Shown piece by piece: positions 1-9,418 of a stretch of 64,000 nt of DNA. The notes beneath the pieces were generated by a model. That model saw only the letters and a program-made list of their open reading frames with translations. It was not told where the DNA came from and searched no databases. Positions within the stretch are counted from its first letter, which is position 1. The number at the start of each line of letters is the position of its first letter. Where the stretch lies: sequence record SRR31156797_760. One strand, 5' to 3'. The translations under genes and the position numbers were made by a program.

Positions 1-489
1 GATTTTACCTTTGTCTGAGCAACCGAAATCTCTGCGGTCGCAGAAAAAAATGAAGAATTCGAAAAACTCGGCGTTCAGGTTTTATCCATGTCTACGGACT
101 CCATGTTCGTTCACAAAATGTGGGATGACCATGAACTTTCCAAGATGATCACCAAAGGCAAAGTACCCTTCCCCATGCTGTCTGACGGCGGCGGTGCGGT
201 CGGCTCCATTTATGGAGTCTATGATGAAGCCGCCGGCGTTGACGTGCGTGGCCGCTTCCTCATCGATCCTGATGGCAATGTTCAGGCATTTGAAGTCCTG
301 ACCCCACCAGTTGGTCGCAACGTTTCAGAAACTCTGCGCCAAATTCAGGCCTTCCAGCTCGTACGCGACTCCAAGGGGACCAAAGCGACCCCCTCCGGCT
401 GGAAACCCGGAAAACCCGTCTTAAACCCCGGTCCCGGTCTTGTCGGAAAGGTCTGGGAAGAATGGAAAGTGACACAAGCCTTCGACTAA
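1..489 (+). CDS. prxU: Selenocysteine-containing peroxiredoxin (PrxU/AhpC-type), 5'-truncated by the window
   Basis: Frame 1 from base 1 reads DFTFV-(TGA 16-18)-ATEISAVAEKNEEF and continues in frame into ORF 88..489 (GRFLIDPDG, VGRNVSETLR). TGA occupies the peroxidatic Cys position of the DFTFVCPTE motif. Confidence 0.9.
31..44 (+). promoter_or_regulatory. Candidate bacterial SECIS hairpin
   Basis: TCTGC-GGTC-GCAGA perfect stem-loop starting 12 nt after the in-frame TGA, with G-first apical loop. Confidence 0.75.
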
Positions 490-566
490 CCATTCGCTTG
501 ATGACTTTCAGGCCCTCTGACGATCGTCGGCGGGCCTTTCTTATGAACAATAAAAAAGGAGCAACC

Positions 567-908
567 ATGAACTGTCTTTATGCCTTCAACGGCGAACTCA
601 TGTGTTTTGTCCATGTCCTCCTCAACGCCTTGGACATGAAAGAAAAGGGTGAGGATACCATCATAGTATTCGAAGGAGCCTCGGTCACATTGATCCCCGA
701 ACTCGAAAAAAAGGAGAATCCGTTCAGCACCTTATATTTCAAAGCCAAAGATGCCGGACTGATTGACGGAGCATGCAAGGCCTGTTCTGCCAAATTAGGA
801 GTCCTCGACGCGGTCAAAAAAGCAGGTATTAAATTAATCGGCGACATGGCCGGACACCCGTCCATCGTTGACTATCAAAAAAAAGGGTTCACCATTATCA
901 CCTTCTAA
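567..908 (+). CDS. DsrE-like small cytoplasmic protein
   Basis: AAGGAG SD before ATG 567; IVFEGASV and ACKAC motifs and GHPS near the C-terminus resemble DsrE/DsrF-like proteins. Confidence 0.7.
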   Translation: MNCLYAFNGELMCFVHVLLNALDMKEKGEDTIIVFEGASVTLIPELEKKENPFSTLYFKAKDAGLIDGACKACSAKLGVLDAVKKAGIKLIGDMAGHPSIVDYQKKGFTIITF

Positions 909-922
909 TTTTCCGTTACGCC

Positions 923-957
923 AAGATCCCGAAAAAATTAATTTTTCGGGATCTTTT
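923..957 (+). terminator. Rho-independent terminator
   Basis: AAGATCCCGAAAAA/TTTTTCGGGATCTT inverted repeat followed by T-run. Confidence 0.8.
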
Positions 958-1301
958 TCTTTTTTGTAAAAGCCCTGCCTATCAAGCAAAAAAACATCTA
1001 AAAACTTAACAAAAGCACACCTGTTTTAATATTCTGTCTAAAAATATCTATATTCTTTGGCAAAATCGACATATCACCGATTTTTATTCGTCCATAAGCA
1101 ATTTTTATCAGTGGACAGTCGTATTATTTTCACATATTCGGTGAGTGCTTTTTGGGGAAAAGCATTGAAAACGGCCTTGGGCGGTACTGTACTCGTCCTG
1201 GCCCGCTTCCGTTTCAGGACAGGGTACCACCCATGTTCGACCGCCTTTTCCCTGACCCGCCAGAGGGGCGGGAGAGAATCTCAAACTTTATAGGTGATCA
1301 C

Positions 1302-2786
1302 ATGGCTCAACGTGAACAATGGGGCTCCCGCGCCGGTTTCGTACTGGCTGCAGTTGGCTCCGCAATCGGCCTGGGAAACATCTGGCGTTTCCCTTACATG
1401 GCGTATGAAAATGGCGGCGGCGCCTTCATCATTCCTTACATTTTCGCTCTTCTCACAGCTGGTATTCCTTTCATGATCATGGAATTCGGCCTGGGACATA
1501 AATATCGCGGTTCCGCACCCAAAGTTTTCCGGTCCATCGGCTCCAAATGGGAGTTCCTCGGCTGGATGCAGGTCTTGGTAGCCTTTGCTATTTCCATTTA
1601 TTATGTGGCGGTTATCGGCTGGACTATCAACTACACAGGCTTCGCCTTCAATCAGTCATGGGGCGCTGATCCCAAGGGCTTCTTCTTTGGTGAATACCTT
1701 GGACTGACAGGTTCCCCGTTCGAACTGGGCGGCATCCGCTGGCCCATCCTTGGTGCATGTACCCTGGCTTGGGGCATCACATGGCTCGCTATCACATCCG
1801 GCGTCCGCAAAGGTATTGAACGCGCATGTAAAGTGCTCATTCCCCTGCTGTTCGTTCTGGTCTTGGTCCTCATCGCTCGCGTTGTGAACCTGCCCGGCGC
1901 CATGACTGGCCTGGACTACCTGTTCACCCCGGACTTCTCCAGACTGGCAGACTTCTCGGTCTGGGCTGATGCTTACGGCCAGATCTTCTTCTCGCTGTCC
2001 ATCGGTTTCGCTATCATGCTGGCCTACTCCAGTTACCTGCCGAAAAAATCTGATATCAACAACAATGCAGCAATAACGGTGTTCATCAACTGTGGTTTCT
2101 CCATGCTCTCCGGCGTCATGATCTTCGCCGTTCTGGGCAATATGGCTGAAGCGACAGGCCAAAATGTAGCTGATGTTGCCGGTGCAGGCGTTGGCCTTGC
2201 ATTCGTCACCATTCCAGCTGCTATCAACACCATGCCAGCTCCCGCTTTTGTCGGCACCCTGTTCTTCCTCTGTCTGACCATGGCGGGCGTCAGCTCCCAC
2301 ATCTCCATCGTGGAAGCCGTCAGCTCCTCTTTCATCGACAAGTTCGCATGGAGCCGCAAAAAGACTGCATCCATTGTCTGTGCTGGTGGTTTTGCCTTGA
2401 CTCTGGTCTTCACGACTGGTGGCGGCCTGCTCATTCTCGATATCGTTGATCACTTCATCAACAACCTCTGCATCCTTGGTGTTGCGCTGGTTGAGATTAT
2501 CCTGATGAGCTACATCGTAGGTCTCGACGACATCCAGAAGCACGTCAATGTCACCTCCGACTTCACTGTCGGCAATGCATGGAAGCTCTGTCTGAAGCTC
2601 GTGACTGTAGCCATCCTCGGTTACTCCTTCGTCATGAACGTCTACACCGACATGGGTACTCCTTACGGCGGATACGCCACCAAGGATTTAATCATGCTCG
2701 GCTGGTCCCTCCTGCCTGTGGCTTTTGTCCTTGGCATGGCCCTGAACAAGCAGCAGCCCGCACGTAGCTTCGTGCGCAACGACTAG
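1302..2786 (+). CDS. Sodium-dependent transporter, NSS/SNF family (MetP-like)
   Basis: REQWGSRAGFVLAAVGSAIGLGNIWRFPY and AYGQIFFSLS signatures; many hydrophobic segments; AGGTGA SD before ATG 1302. Confidence 0.93.
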   Translation: MAQREQWGSRAGFVLAAVGSAIGLGNIWRFPYMAYENGGGAFIIPYIFALLTAGIPFMIMEFGLGHKYRGSAPKVFRSIGSKWEFLGWMQVLVAFAISIYYVAVIGWTINYTGFAFNQSWGADPKGFFFGEYLGLTGSPFELGGIRWPILGACTLAWGITWLAITSGVRKGIERACKVLIPLLFVLVLVLIARVVNLPGAMTGLDYLFTPDFSRLADFSVWADAYGQIFFSLSIGFAIMLAYSSYLPKKSDINNNAAITVFINCGFSMLSGVMIFAVLGNMAEATGQNVADVAGAGVGLAFVTIPAAINTMPAPAFVGTLFFLCLTMAGVSSHISIVEAVSSSFIDKFAWSRKKTASIVCAGGFALTLVFTTGGGLLILDIVDHFINNLCILGVALVEIILMSYIVGLDDIQKHVNVTSDFTVGNAWKLCLKLVTVAILGYSFVMNVYTDMGTPYGGYATKDLIMLGWSLLPVAFVLGMALNKQQPARSFVRND

Positions 2787-2795
2787 GAGTCCATA

Positions 2796-2897
2796 ATGAC
2801 AACTTCCGCTATCATCATGATGATTGTCGGCCTCGGTGTTACATGGGGAGGAGCTGTATTCTGCATGCGTCTCGCCATGAACAAAAAGAAAAACTAG
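2796..2897 (+). CDS. MetS-family NSS transporter small subunit (33 aa)
   Basis: AGGAG SD; MTTSAIIMMIVGLGVTWGGAVFCMRLAMNKKKN with single TM and WGG motif, directly after the NSS gene; not in the ORF track. Confidence 0.85.
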   Translation: MTTSAIIMMIVGLGVTWGGAVFCMRLAMNKKKN

Positions 2898-2918
2898 CTC
2901 CATCAACTACACACAATC

Positions 2919-2949
2919 AGGGCGGCATCGAAAGATGCCGCCCTTTTTT
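2919..2949 (+). terminator. Rho-independent terminator
   Basis: AGGGCGGCATC-GAAA-GATGCCGCCCT plus T-run. Confidence 0.9.
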
Positions 2950-3053
2950 ATATCCACGCTTCCAATAAGACATACATGGGAAACATATCCGCATTTGCCC
3001 ACAAAAAAGGCCGTCGATAAACGGCCTTTAAAGAATACTTCATTGGGATCGAA

Positions 3054-3695
3054 CTAAACGTACCAGTACATCAAGATAAAGTGACATGCGCTTCCACCAA
3101 TCACAAACAGATGGAAGATTTCATGAAAACCAAAAACATGAGGCAAAGGGTCAGGCCACTTAATGGCATAGACAACAGCACCTATGGAATAGACCACTCC
3201 TCCACCTGCCAACCATGCTAACGCTGCTCCAGACATGGATTGATACAATGGATAAATCCCCACCAGCACCAGCCAGCCCATGGCAAGATAAATACCGGTG
3301 GAAAGCCAACGAGGCGCGTTTAACCAAAAGATTTTCATGATAATGCCGGAGAAAGCCAGTCCCCAGATAACGCCAAAGATCGACCATCCCCAAGAGCCGC
3401 GCAATGGAATAAGACAAATAGGGGTGTAAGTGGCCGCAATGTAGAAAAAGATCATGGAATGATCCACTCGACGCAAAACACGAATCCAGTCTTCAGACAC
3501 TGGCAACCAATGATACAACGTACTGGCCGTGTAGAGCAGAATCATTCCCCCACCAAAAATGGAGAAAGTGACAATATGCCACGGCATAGCAGGGCTGACT
3601 GAACGCAAAATAAGCATCACAGTGCCAAGAACGGCAAGTGCCGCCGCAATGCAGTGAGTCAGCCCACTCACAGGGTCACGCAGAGAAGATATCAC
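3054..3695 (-). CDS. Hemolysin III / PAQR (TrhA-like) membrane protein
   Basis: SGLTH, STLYH, RRVDHSMIF, ATYTP and FGFHEIFHLFV motifs. Confidence 0.9.
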   Translation of the reverse strand: MISSLRDPVSGLTHCIAAALAVLGTVMLILRSVSPAMPWHIVTFSIFGGGMILLYTASTLYHWLPVSEDWIRVLRRVDHSMIFFYIAATYTPICLIPLRGSWGWSIFGVIWGLAFSGIIMKIFWLNAPRWLSTGIYLAMGWLVLVGIYPLYQSMSGAALAWLAGGGVVYSIGAVVYAIKWPDPLPHVFGFHEIFHLFVIGGSACHFILMYWYV

Positions 3696-3789
3696 TTTTC
3701 ACACTCCAAAGAAGAGGGTTCACCAGCCATACTGATTACACCACTCCGCACGCATAAACAAGCGTTTGAGGTGAAGAGCCCCTCCTGCT

Positions 3790-4245
3790 CTATGCTGTGT
3801 GGCGCATGTCCAAAGGATTCAACTGCGGCTGTGCGCACTCTTCGGCATCACGCATCAAATCCGCAAGGGTGACGGTATTCAAATGATCATACATAGCATC
3901 AGCAGCTTCCTGCCACAGTCGACGGGTCAGGCAGATATCCATACGGTCACATTCTTCCTTACCGGACCGGCATTCCACCAGAGAACCATCACCTTCCAGA
4001 GCATGAACAACCTCACCGATGGGTATATCCGAGGCAGGAACAGCCAAAGAATGTCCACCACGTGGCCCGCGCTTGGATTTTACAAACCCAATTTCCTTGA
4101 GTTTGCGAATGAGTTTTTCAAGATATTTTGCAGACACTCCCTGACGTTCAGCAATATCCTGAATACGAACAGGACCATCCTGGCAGTTCTGTGCGATGTC
4201 GAGCATCATCCGTGTTCCGTAGCGGCTCCGAGTTGTCAGCTTCAT
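3790..4245 (-). CDS. Rrf2-family transcriptional regulator with three Cys (possible Fe-S)
   Basis: MKLTTRSRYG, YLEKL, SKRGPRGGH and C-x6-C-x5-C. Confidence 0.9.
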   Translation of the reverse strand: MKLTTRSRYGTRMMLDIAQNCQDGPVRIQDIAERQGVSAKYLEKLIRKLKEIGFVKSKRGPRGGHSLAVPASDIPIGEVVHALEGDGSLVECRSGKEECDRMDICLTRRLWQEAADAMYDHLNTVTLADLMRDAEECAQPQLNPLDMRHTA

Positions 4246-4379
4246 GGGTATTTCCTTATGTCGAGTTTTCAGTAACTTGGAATAATCAGATATATTTCAT
4301 GGGGGAATTATCATAAAAAAAAGGCCACGACAATCGAATCGCGACCTTTTTAGTCTGTTTCATATATGTATAATGATAT

Positions 4380-4961
4380 TTATTCGCTTTTCCGGCTCTT
4401 CATATACGCAACGATGCCAAACAAACCAAAGATATATCCAATGCCGCCAAGAATCTCGGTAACAGAGGGACCGGAATCGTGCATCTCTGAAAGCATCCGC
4501 TTCACAGGTTCCAATTCACGACGAACGATGGCTTCCACATCTTTGTTAGATGGATCAACAGAGGCCACGGCAACATGCTCATGGTTGGGCGTCGTATCCG
4601 AAAATGGCCCTTTGGCTGCGCTGAACTCTTCATACTTTACAGTCCACTCTGCCTGATGCCCGGCACCGGCCTTGAGAAGCAATCGCAAATCAGCCTGATT
4701 GGTCCGAACTTCGGCGGGAATCTCGAAATCAAATCGGCCTGTTGCATCGGTCTTACCAGACAAAAGCAATTTGCCGGTGGAACCGTCCCGGACCTCGATT
4801 ATTCCATCCTGCACCCGACGGGTTCGGCTATAGCCACTGTCCGTAATGACGGTGTTACCTTCTACGTACGCAAAGACATTCACTTTATGAGCCTCTGATA
4901 CAGCGGCGAGGCATAACGTCGCAACCATGGCCATACAGACAGCAAGAATAAGACGGGTCAT
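4380..4961 (-). CDS. NikL/CbiL-like accessory component of a Ni/Co ECF transporter
   Basis: Signal peptide ending AHKVNVFAY, AGAGH motif, C-terminal TM (ILGGIGYIFGLFG); overlaps the stop of the M gene. Confidence 0.7.
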   Translation of the reverse strand: MTRLILAVCMAMVATLCLAAVSEAHKVNVFAYVEGNTVITDSGYSRTRRVQDGIIEVRDGSTGKLLLSGKTDATGRFDFEIPAEVRTNQADLRLLLKAGAGHQAEWTVKYEEFSAAKGPFSDTTPNHEHVAVASVDPSNKDVEAIVRRELEPVKRMLSEMHDSGPSVTEILGGIGYIFGLFGIVAYMKSRKSE

Positions 4962-5554
4962 GCGGCAAGCACCTCCGGTTTGACCTTGGCAAGAAATGAA
5001 TACGCAAATCCGGTAATGACACCTTCCACCACCATGATGGGTAAATGGGCATAAAACAGCATTCGAGCCGCGTCCCGAAATCCATCACCGGACAAAGCCA
5101 ATGCGCTGGCTGTCAAAAGAGTACTGATCAGCATGGCAAAAAAACCACAGGCAAAAGCCGCTGCAAAACGACTTCCGTTGCCATTGATAAGCAGCGGACG
5201 GAATACATAAAAACACAAGACAGCCGGAGCAGCCATGGTAAACGTATTCACACCGAGCACAGTCAAACCACCGAACTGAAATAATACGGCTTGAAGAACC
5301 AATGCCACCAAGATGGACGGGAAGGCGGCCCAGCCAAGCACAACACCCAGCAGGCCATTCAAAATCAAATGCCCGTTAGCTGGGCCAATGGGAACGTGAA
5401 TAAGCGAAGCAATAAAAAAAGCGGCGGATAAAATAGCCACCGACATGATCTGATCGTAGTCTATCTTCTTTAGTCCTATGGACGTACCGAGAACCGCAAG
5501 ACCAGCTCCGCCCAAAAGCACAGGTCCAGAAAGGACCCCTTCGGATATATGCAT
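4958..5554 (-). CDS. CbiM/NikM family Co/Ni ECF transporter substrate component
   Basis: N-terminal MHISEGVL metal-binding motif; LQAVLFQFGGLTVLGVN. Confidence 0.9.
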   Translation of the reverse strand: MHISEGVLSGPVLLGGAGLAVLGTSIGLKKIDYDQIMSVAILSAAFFIASLIHVPIGPANGHLILNGLLGVVLGWAAFPSILVALVLQAVLFQFGGLTVLGVNTFTMAAPAVLCFYVFRPLLINGNGSRFAAAFACGFFAMLISTLLTASALALSGDGFRDAARMLFYAHLPIMVVEGVITGFAYSFLAKVKPEVLAA

Positions 5555-5612
5555 GAATTTCCGCCTCAGTCCTCATCACAACGGACTTGAATTTCAGTTG
5601 AATTGTTACAGC

Positions 5613-5640
5613 GTGTTAACAATTTAAATTTTGTATACAC
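5613..5640. promoter_or_regulatory. Candidate NikR-type operator
   Basis: 28-nt imperfect palindrome GTGTTA-N16-ATACAC with AT-rich core upstream of the M gene. Confidence 0.5.
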
Positions 5641-5700
5641 TCTGTATTCATTCTTTTCAAGGAGTGTTTATCATGATGAATACATATCAATGAAACACGG

Positions 5701-6948
5701 CTAATCAAAATCTGCGAGAAGTGCACTGACCTGAACCCCGGCAATAACCGGTTTTTCCTTATATGTCTGCTGAATACGATACAAGGCGTGATGCAGCTGA
5801 TCGGACGAAATTCCATTTTTCAAGGCCGTATGCGCCTCGATATAGGCGGCAATCGAATCAGATACTTTCAACAACGGTCCATCCTTAGGGTCCAAAGTAT
5901 CCAAATTATACTCACCGGCAAGCTTGGCATCCGAGGCTTCAATCACCTCGCCATCCCGATTGATGGTGGCCTTAAATTCAGAGCCGACCTCCAAGCCAAG
6001 AAAATATTCCAGCCGGTCCGCGATTTCAGCATATCCACCTTCCTTGAGAGGCGTCAGTACAACCCGCTCAAGTTCAATATTCTCATACTCGTGGATCAGA
6101 TCACCGATTTCCTGTGAAGCTCCTTTGACCGGCGAAATAATATCGCGAGTCAACAGTTCGGGTAAATCGTGAAACAAACCGGAAAAGAAATTATTCTGGC
6201 ACCGAGCGCGACACGCTCCCACTTCCATACTGAAAAACCAAGAATACGAAGCCACAATAAACATATGTCCGAGAACCGAGGTTTCCGGTACGCGTGGAGT
6301 TTGTGACCATCGTTTCTGATAGCGCAGCCGGCCACACATACGTGCAAACCGGCCAAGGACATTGTCATTCTCGTTGAGCAACTCGGAAACGCCCTTCAAA
6401 TCACGCAACGCTTCCAACCGAGAGACAAAACTGTCTTCGATCTCGATAAGCTCGTGGTCCATGGTGTTAATGGATTTAAGTAATTTGAATTCGGAATAAC
6501 TGGCATATAGATGTGCTGCATTCAAAATGCGCCGAGCTAAGCCTTTGTCTTCCGGCTGCATAAGATATTCGCTCATGCCGCGCATAAACCCCTCGCCCAA
6601 CGGCATTATCCGCGGTTTGAGCTGATCAAGAACCCAGTTGGACAGGGTTCGATAGTCATCAGGATTTTCCTTGATACGATAAAAGACCGGCGGCTTGATG
6701 TCAGTAATAACGAGGCGATACAGGTAGTCATAAATACCGCCTTCAATAATGGACTCTCCGAGAGCACGCTTGCGTGCAACGTCCATCCCCTTTGAGTTGA
6801 GCAAAAAAAGCACCCAAGCCACAATCATCTTGTGTCCCTGCTTATCCACCTCCACCAACTCCATAGGCCGCAGCTTGTCATTCCACCGCTTCATGAATGC
6901 GCCGGAAAAAATAAGTTCAAGCAAGCTCTTCCTGATGATGACAGACAT
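5701..6948 (-). CDS. Tandem HD-domain protein (YfbR-like nucleotidase fold)
   Basis: Two similar halves: MKRWND..KQGH..YDYL..TDIKPPV and QKRWSQ..VLGH..FHDL..RDIISPV; GGAG SD before ATG 6948. Confidence 0.8.
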   Translation of the reverse strand: MSVIIRKSLLELIFSGAFMKRWNDKLRPMELVEVDKQGHKMIVAWVLFLLNSKGMDVARKRALGESIIEGGIYDYLYRLVITDIKPPVFYRIKENPDDYRTLSNWVLDQLKPRIMPLGEGFMRGMSEYLMQPEDKGLARRILNAAHLYASYSEFKLLKSINTMDHELIEIEDSFVSRLEALRDLKGVSELLNENDNVLGRFARMCGRLRYQKRWSQTPRVPETSVLGHMFIVASYSWFFSMEVGACRARCQNNFFSGLFHDLPELLTRDIISPVKGASQEIGDLIHEYENIELERVVLTPLKEGGYAEIADRLEYFLGLEVGSEFKATINRDGEVIEASDAKLAGEYNLDTLDPKDGPLLKVSDSIAAYIEAHTALKNGISSDQLHHALYRIQQTYKEKPVIAGVQVSALLADFD

Positions 6949-7162
6949 GGTCGCTCCCTGTTTTCGATGAAGAAAAACAGTGCCGAAATTACGAAATGAT
7001 TGCAAGAAAAGAGGGGATGAACATCGATTCACAACTCCAATTAAACAATTCCCTTCATTCTGTAATCATTTAGGGGCTTACTTCTCAACGTAACAATGAT
7101 ATTCTCTATATACGAATCAAATTCATATTTCATGAACAGGACACAACTCTGACGCGAACATC

Positions 7163-7942
7163 ATGAATATTTGGACTAAAATTATTATCACATGGATTCT
7201 TTTTGTTGTCGTCTCCTTTTCTGGAGTCGCCTACGCCGCCACACCCGTCAGGGTCGTGGTTGACGCTTATAATCCTCCCAACATGTATCTTCAAAATGGT
7301 CGTGCTGCAGGTTTGTACTCGCTCCTCCTTGACGCGATCTTCCAACGCATGGAGCACGATGTTTCCATTGAAGCTGTTCCATGGAAACGAGCTATGGATA
7401 TGGGGGCTCAAGGAACAGCCGGAGTAGCCGGTATATACAAAACACCTGACAGACTCCTGATCTATGACTACTCTGACCCGATTTACACTGAACTGCTTCT
7501 GGTTTTTGTCCAAAAAGACAAAACGTTCACATTCGAAAGTGTTAAAGATCTGGAAGGAAAAAGAATCGGTGTAATCCTAGGATGGTCATACGGCCCGGAG
7601 TTCGACAAAGCCAAAGCACAAAAGACATTTGAAGTAGAGCCAGTCAATCGAGACCAATTGAACTTCAAAAAGCTGATGGATGGTCGGCTGGACTGTGTCG
7701 TCGCGTCCAGAGAAAGCGGCTTCTATGAAATCGCACGCAAAAAATACACAGAGATTCTCCCACTCCCAAAATCACTCTTGAGTAATCCGACATATCTCGC
7801 ATTTGCCAAGCACACGCACAAAAAAGACTTTCTTATGCGCTTCAATGCAGCCTTACGTGCGCTCAAGGAAAGCGGTGAATACGAACTGCTCGTAAAAGAC
7901 TTCATGCATAAAATCGACTTTCACACAATACCTTCACAGTAA
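7163..7942 (+). CDS. Periplasmic solute-binding protein, family 3 (orphan)
   Basis: Signal peptide; PWKRA, DLEGKRIGVILGWSYG and FNAALRALKESGEY motifs. Confidence 0.85.
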   Translation: MNIWTKIIITWILFVVVSFSGVAYAATPVRVVVDAYNPPNMYLQNGRAAGLYSLLLDAIFQRMEHDVSIEAVPWKRAMDMGAQGTAGVAGIYKTPDRLLIYDYSDPIYTELLLVFVQKDKTFTFESVKDLEGKRIGVILGWSYGPEFDKAKAQKTFEVEPVNRDQLNFKKLMDGRLDCVVASRESGFYEIARKKYTEILPLPKSLLSNPTYLAFAKHTHKKDFLMRFNAALRALKESGEYELLVKDFMHKIDFHTIPSQ

Positions 7943-7985
7943 GCTCCGGCGCAAAGTTTAAAACGAATATTCACGAAACGACAAT

Positions 7986-8021
7986 AAAAAGGCCTTGGTG
8001 AACATGTTTTCACCAAGGCCT
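7986..8021 (-). terminator. Terminator between convergent SBP gene and rlmD
   Basis: GGCCTTGGTGAA/TTCACCAAGGCC stem preceded by A-run. Confidence 0.75.
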
Positions 8022-8047
8022 CATCGTATTTTATATGACAGGAATTC

Positions 8048-9418
8048 TTATTTGCGAACCAACAAGGCCACCGTCTCGATATGATGCGTATGCGGGAACA
8101 TGTCCACGGCACTCGCACGCTTGATTTCGTATTTGTCGGACAATCGCTTCACATCGCGAGCCAAGGTTGCGGGATCACAGGATACAGCCACAATTTTGGG
8201 CGGAGCCAACTGGAGAAGGGCCTTGGACATGTTTTCGTGCATGCCGGAACGAGGCGGGTCAACGACCACGATATCGAACTCGGGCAATCTCTTGAGATCG
8301 CCAAGCCCGTCATCCAAAGAACCAACCGCGAAGTCACAATTTTCCAAGCCGTTGAGCTTGGCAGACGAAAAGGCCTTGGCAATGGATTCTTCACTGATCT
8401 CGAAACCAATAACGCGTTCTACAGAGTCAGCCATATACACACCGATAGCCCCAGCGCCACAATACAGATCAAGCAATGTCTCGGAGCCGTCGAACTCACC
8501 ATACTCACGAATGGTGTCGAACAACTTTTCGGCTCCGGCGGAGTTGGTCTGAAAGAATGTATTGGGGGAAATATGATAGCGGGCATGCCCGACTTTCTCT
8601 TCGATAGCCTTTGTGCCGAGACGGAATTCCACATACTCACCGACAGCTAAAGTGCTACGCTGTGAGCGGGAAGAGTGAACAAAAGCGGTCAACTCAGTGA
8701 ACCGCTCCACCAGAGCTTCACCCAATGCTTCGACTTGCTGAAACTTCCGTGTATCCGGGGTAGTGATCACATGGACCATGACTTCGCCAAGCGCTGTGTG
8801 ACGTATGACGAGATGCCGCCAAAAACCATTCTGGGTCTTGGGATCGTAGGCGGCAATGCCGGACTCACGACAAAATTCGCGCACCATACGTAAAATTTCA
8901 ATATCACGTTCGGCACACAGATGACATTCCATGATGTCGAGAACCGGAGCCAGCCCCTTCTCACCTGCCGGAAGTTGACTCCGCAGACCGAGGTGCAGAC
9001 CGCCGTCACGCCGCTCAAAAGCAAATTCCATCTTGTTACGATATTTCCAGATGGTCGGAGAAGCCGCCGGAGCATCCATGGGCACGTCCACTCCACCTAT
9101 ACGGGACAGTGAACTCTGAACCTGGGCCGCTTTCTGAGCAAGCTGTTCGTCATAATCAAGATTCTGCAACGCACATCCGCCGCACTGACCAAAATGCGCA
9201 CACTTCGGTTCCACACGATATGATGAAGGAGTCACCAATGTTTCGGCTACGCCCTCGGCAAAACGTTTCTTGGCACGGACGATACGAGCCTTCACGGTGT
9301 CGCCGGGCAATGCGTCCGCCACAAAGACGGCCATGCCGTCCACACGGGCCACCCCTCTGCCGCCAAAGGCAAGGGATTCTATAGTACATTCGATGAGATC
9401 ATCTTTCTTTAATGGCAT
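8048..9418 (-). CDS. rlmD: 23S rRNA (uracil-5)-methyltransferase RlmD
   Basis: TRAM domain, CAHFGQCGGC, FFQTN, DLYCGAG, VDPPRSG, VSCDPATLARD, DMFPHTHHIE. Confidence 0.95.
   Translation of the reverse strand: MPLKKDDLIECTIESLAFGGRGVARVDGMAVFVADALPGDTVKARIVRAKKRFAEGVAETLVTPSSYRVEPKCAHFGQCGGCALQNLDYDEQLAQKAAQVQSSLSRIGGVDVPMDAPAASPTIWKYRNKMEFAFERRDGGLHLGLRSQLPAGEKGLAPVLDIMECHLCAERDIEILRMVREFCRESGIAAYDPKTQNGFWRHLVIRHTALGEVMVHVITTPDTRKFQQVEALGEALVERFTELTAFVHSSRSQRSTLAVGEYVEFRLGTKAIEEKVGHARYHISPNTFFQTNSAGAEKLFDTIREYGEFDGSETLLDLYCGAGAIGVYMADSVERVIGFEISEESIAKAFSSAKLNGLENCDFAVGSLDDGLGDLKRLPEFDIVVVDPPRSGMHENMSKALLQLAPPKIVAVSCDPATLARDVKRLSDKYEIKRASAVDMFPHTHHIETVALLVRK

Noticed and set aside
16-18. Peroxiredoxin as a pseudogene, or starting at ATG 88
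   Set aside because: The TGA falls exactly on the catalytic residue and is followed by a SECIS-like hairpin; recoding explains it better.
1152-1301. N-terminal extension of the NSS ORF from TTG 1152
   Set aside because: The family-typical N-terminus and SD point to ATG 1302; the upstream part looks like structured leader.
5555-5700. Cobalamin riboswitch before the M gene
   Set aside because: The region is short and AT-rich with no B12-box-like motifs.
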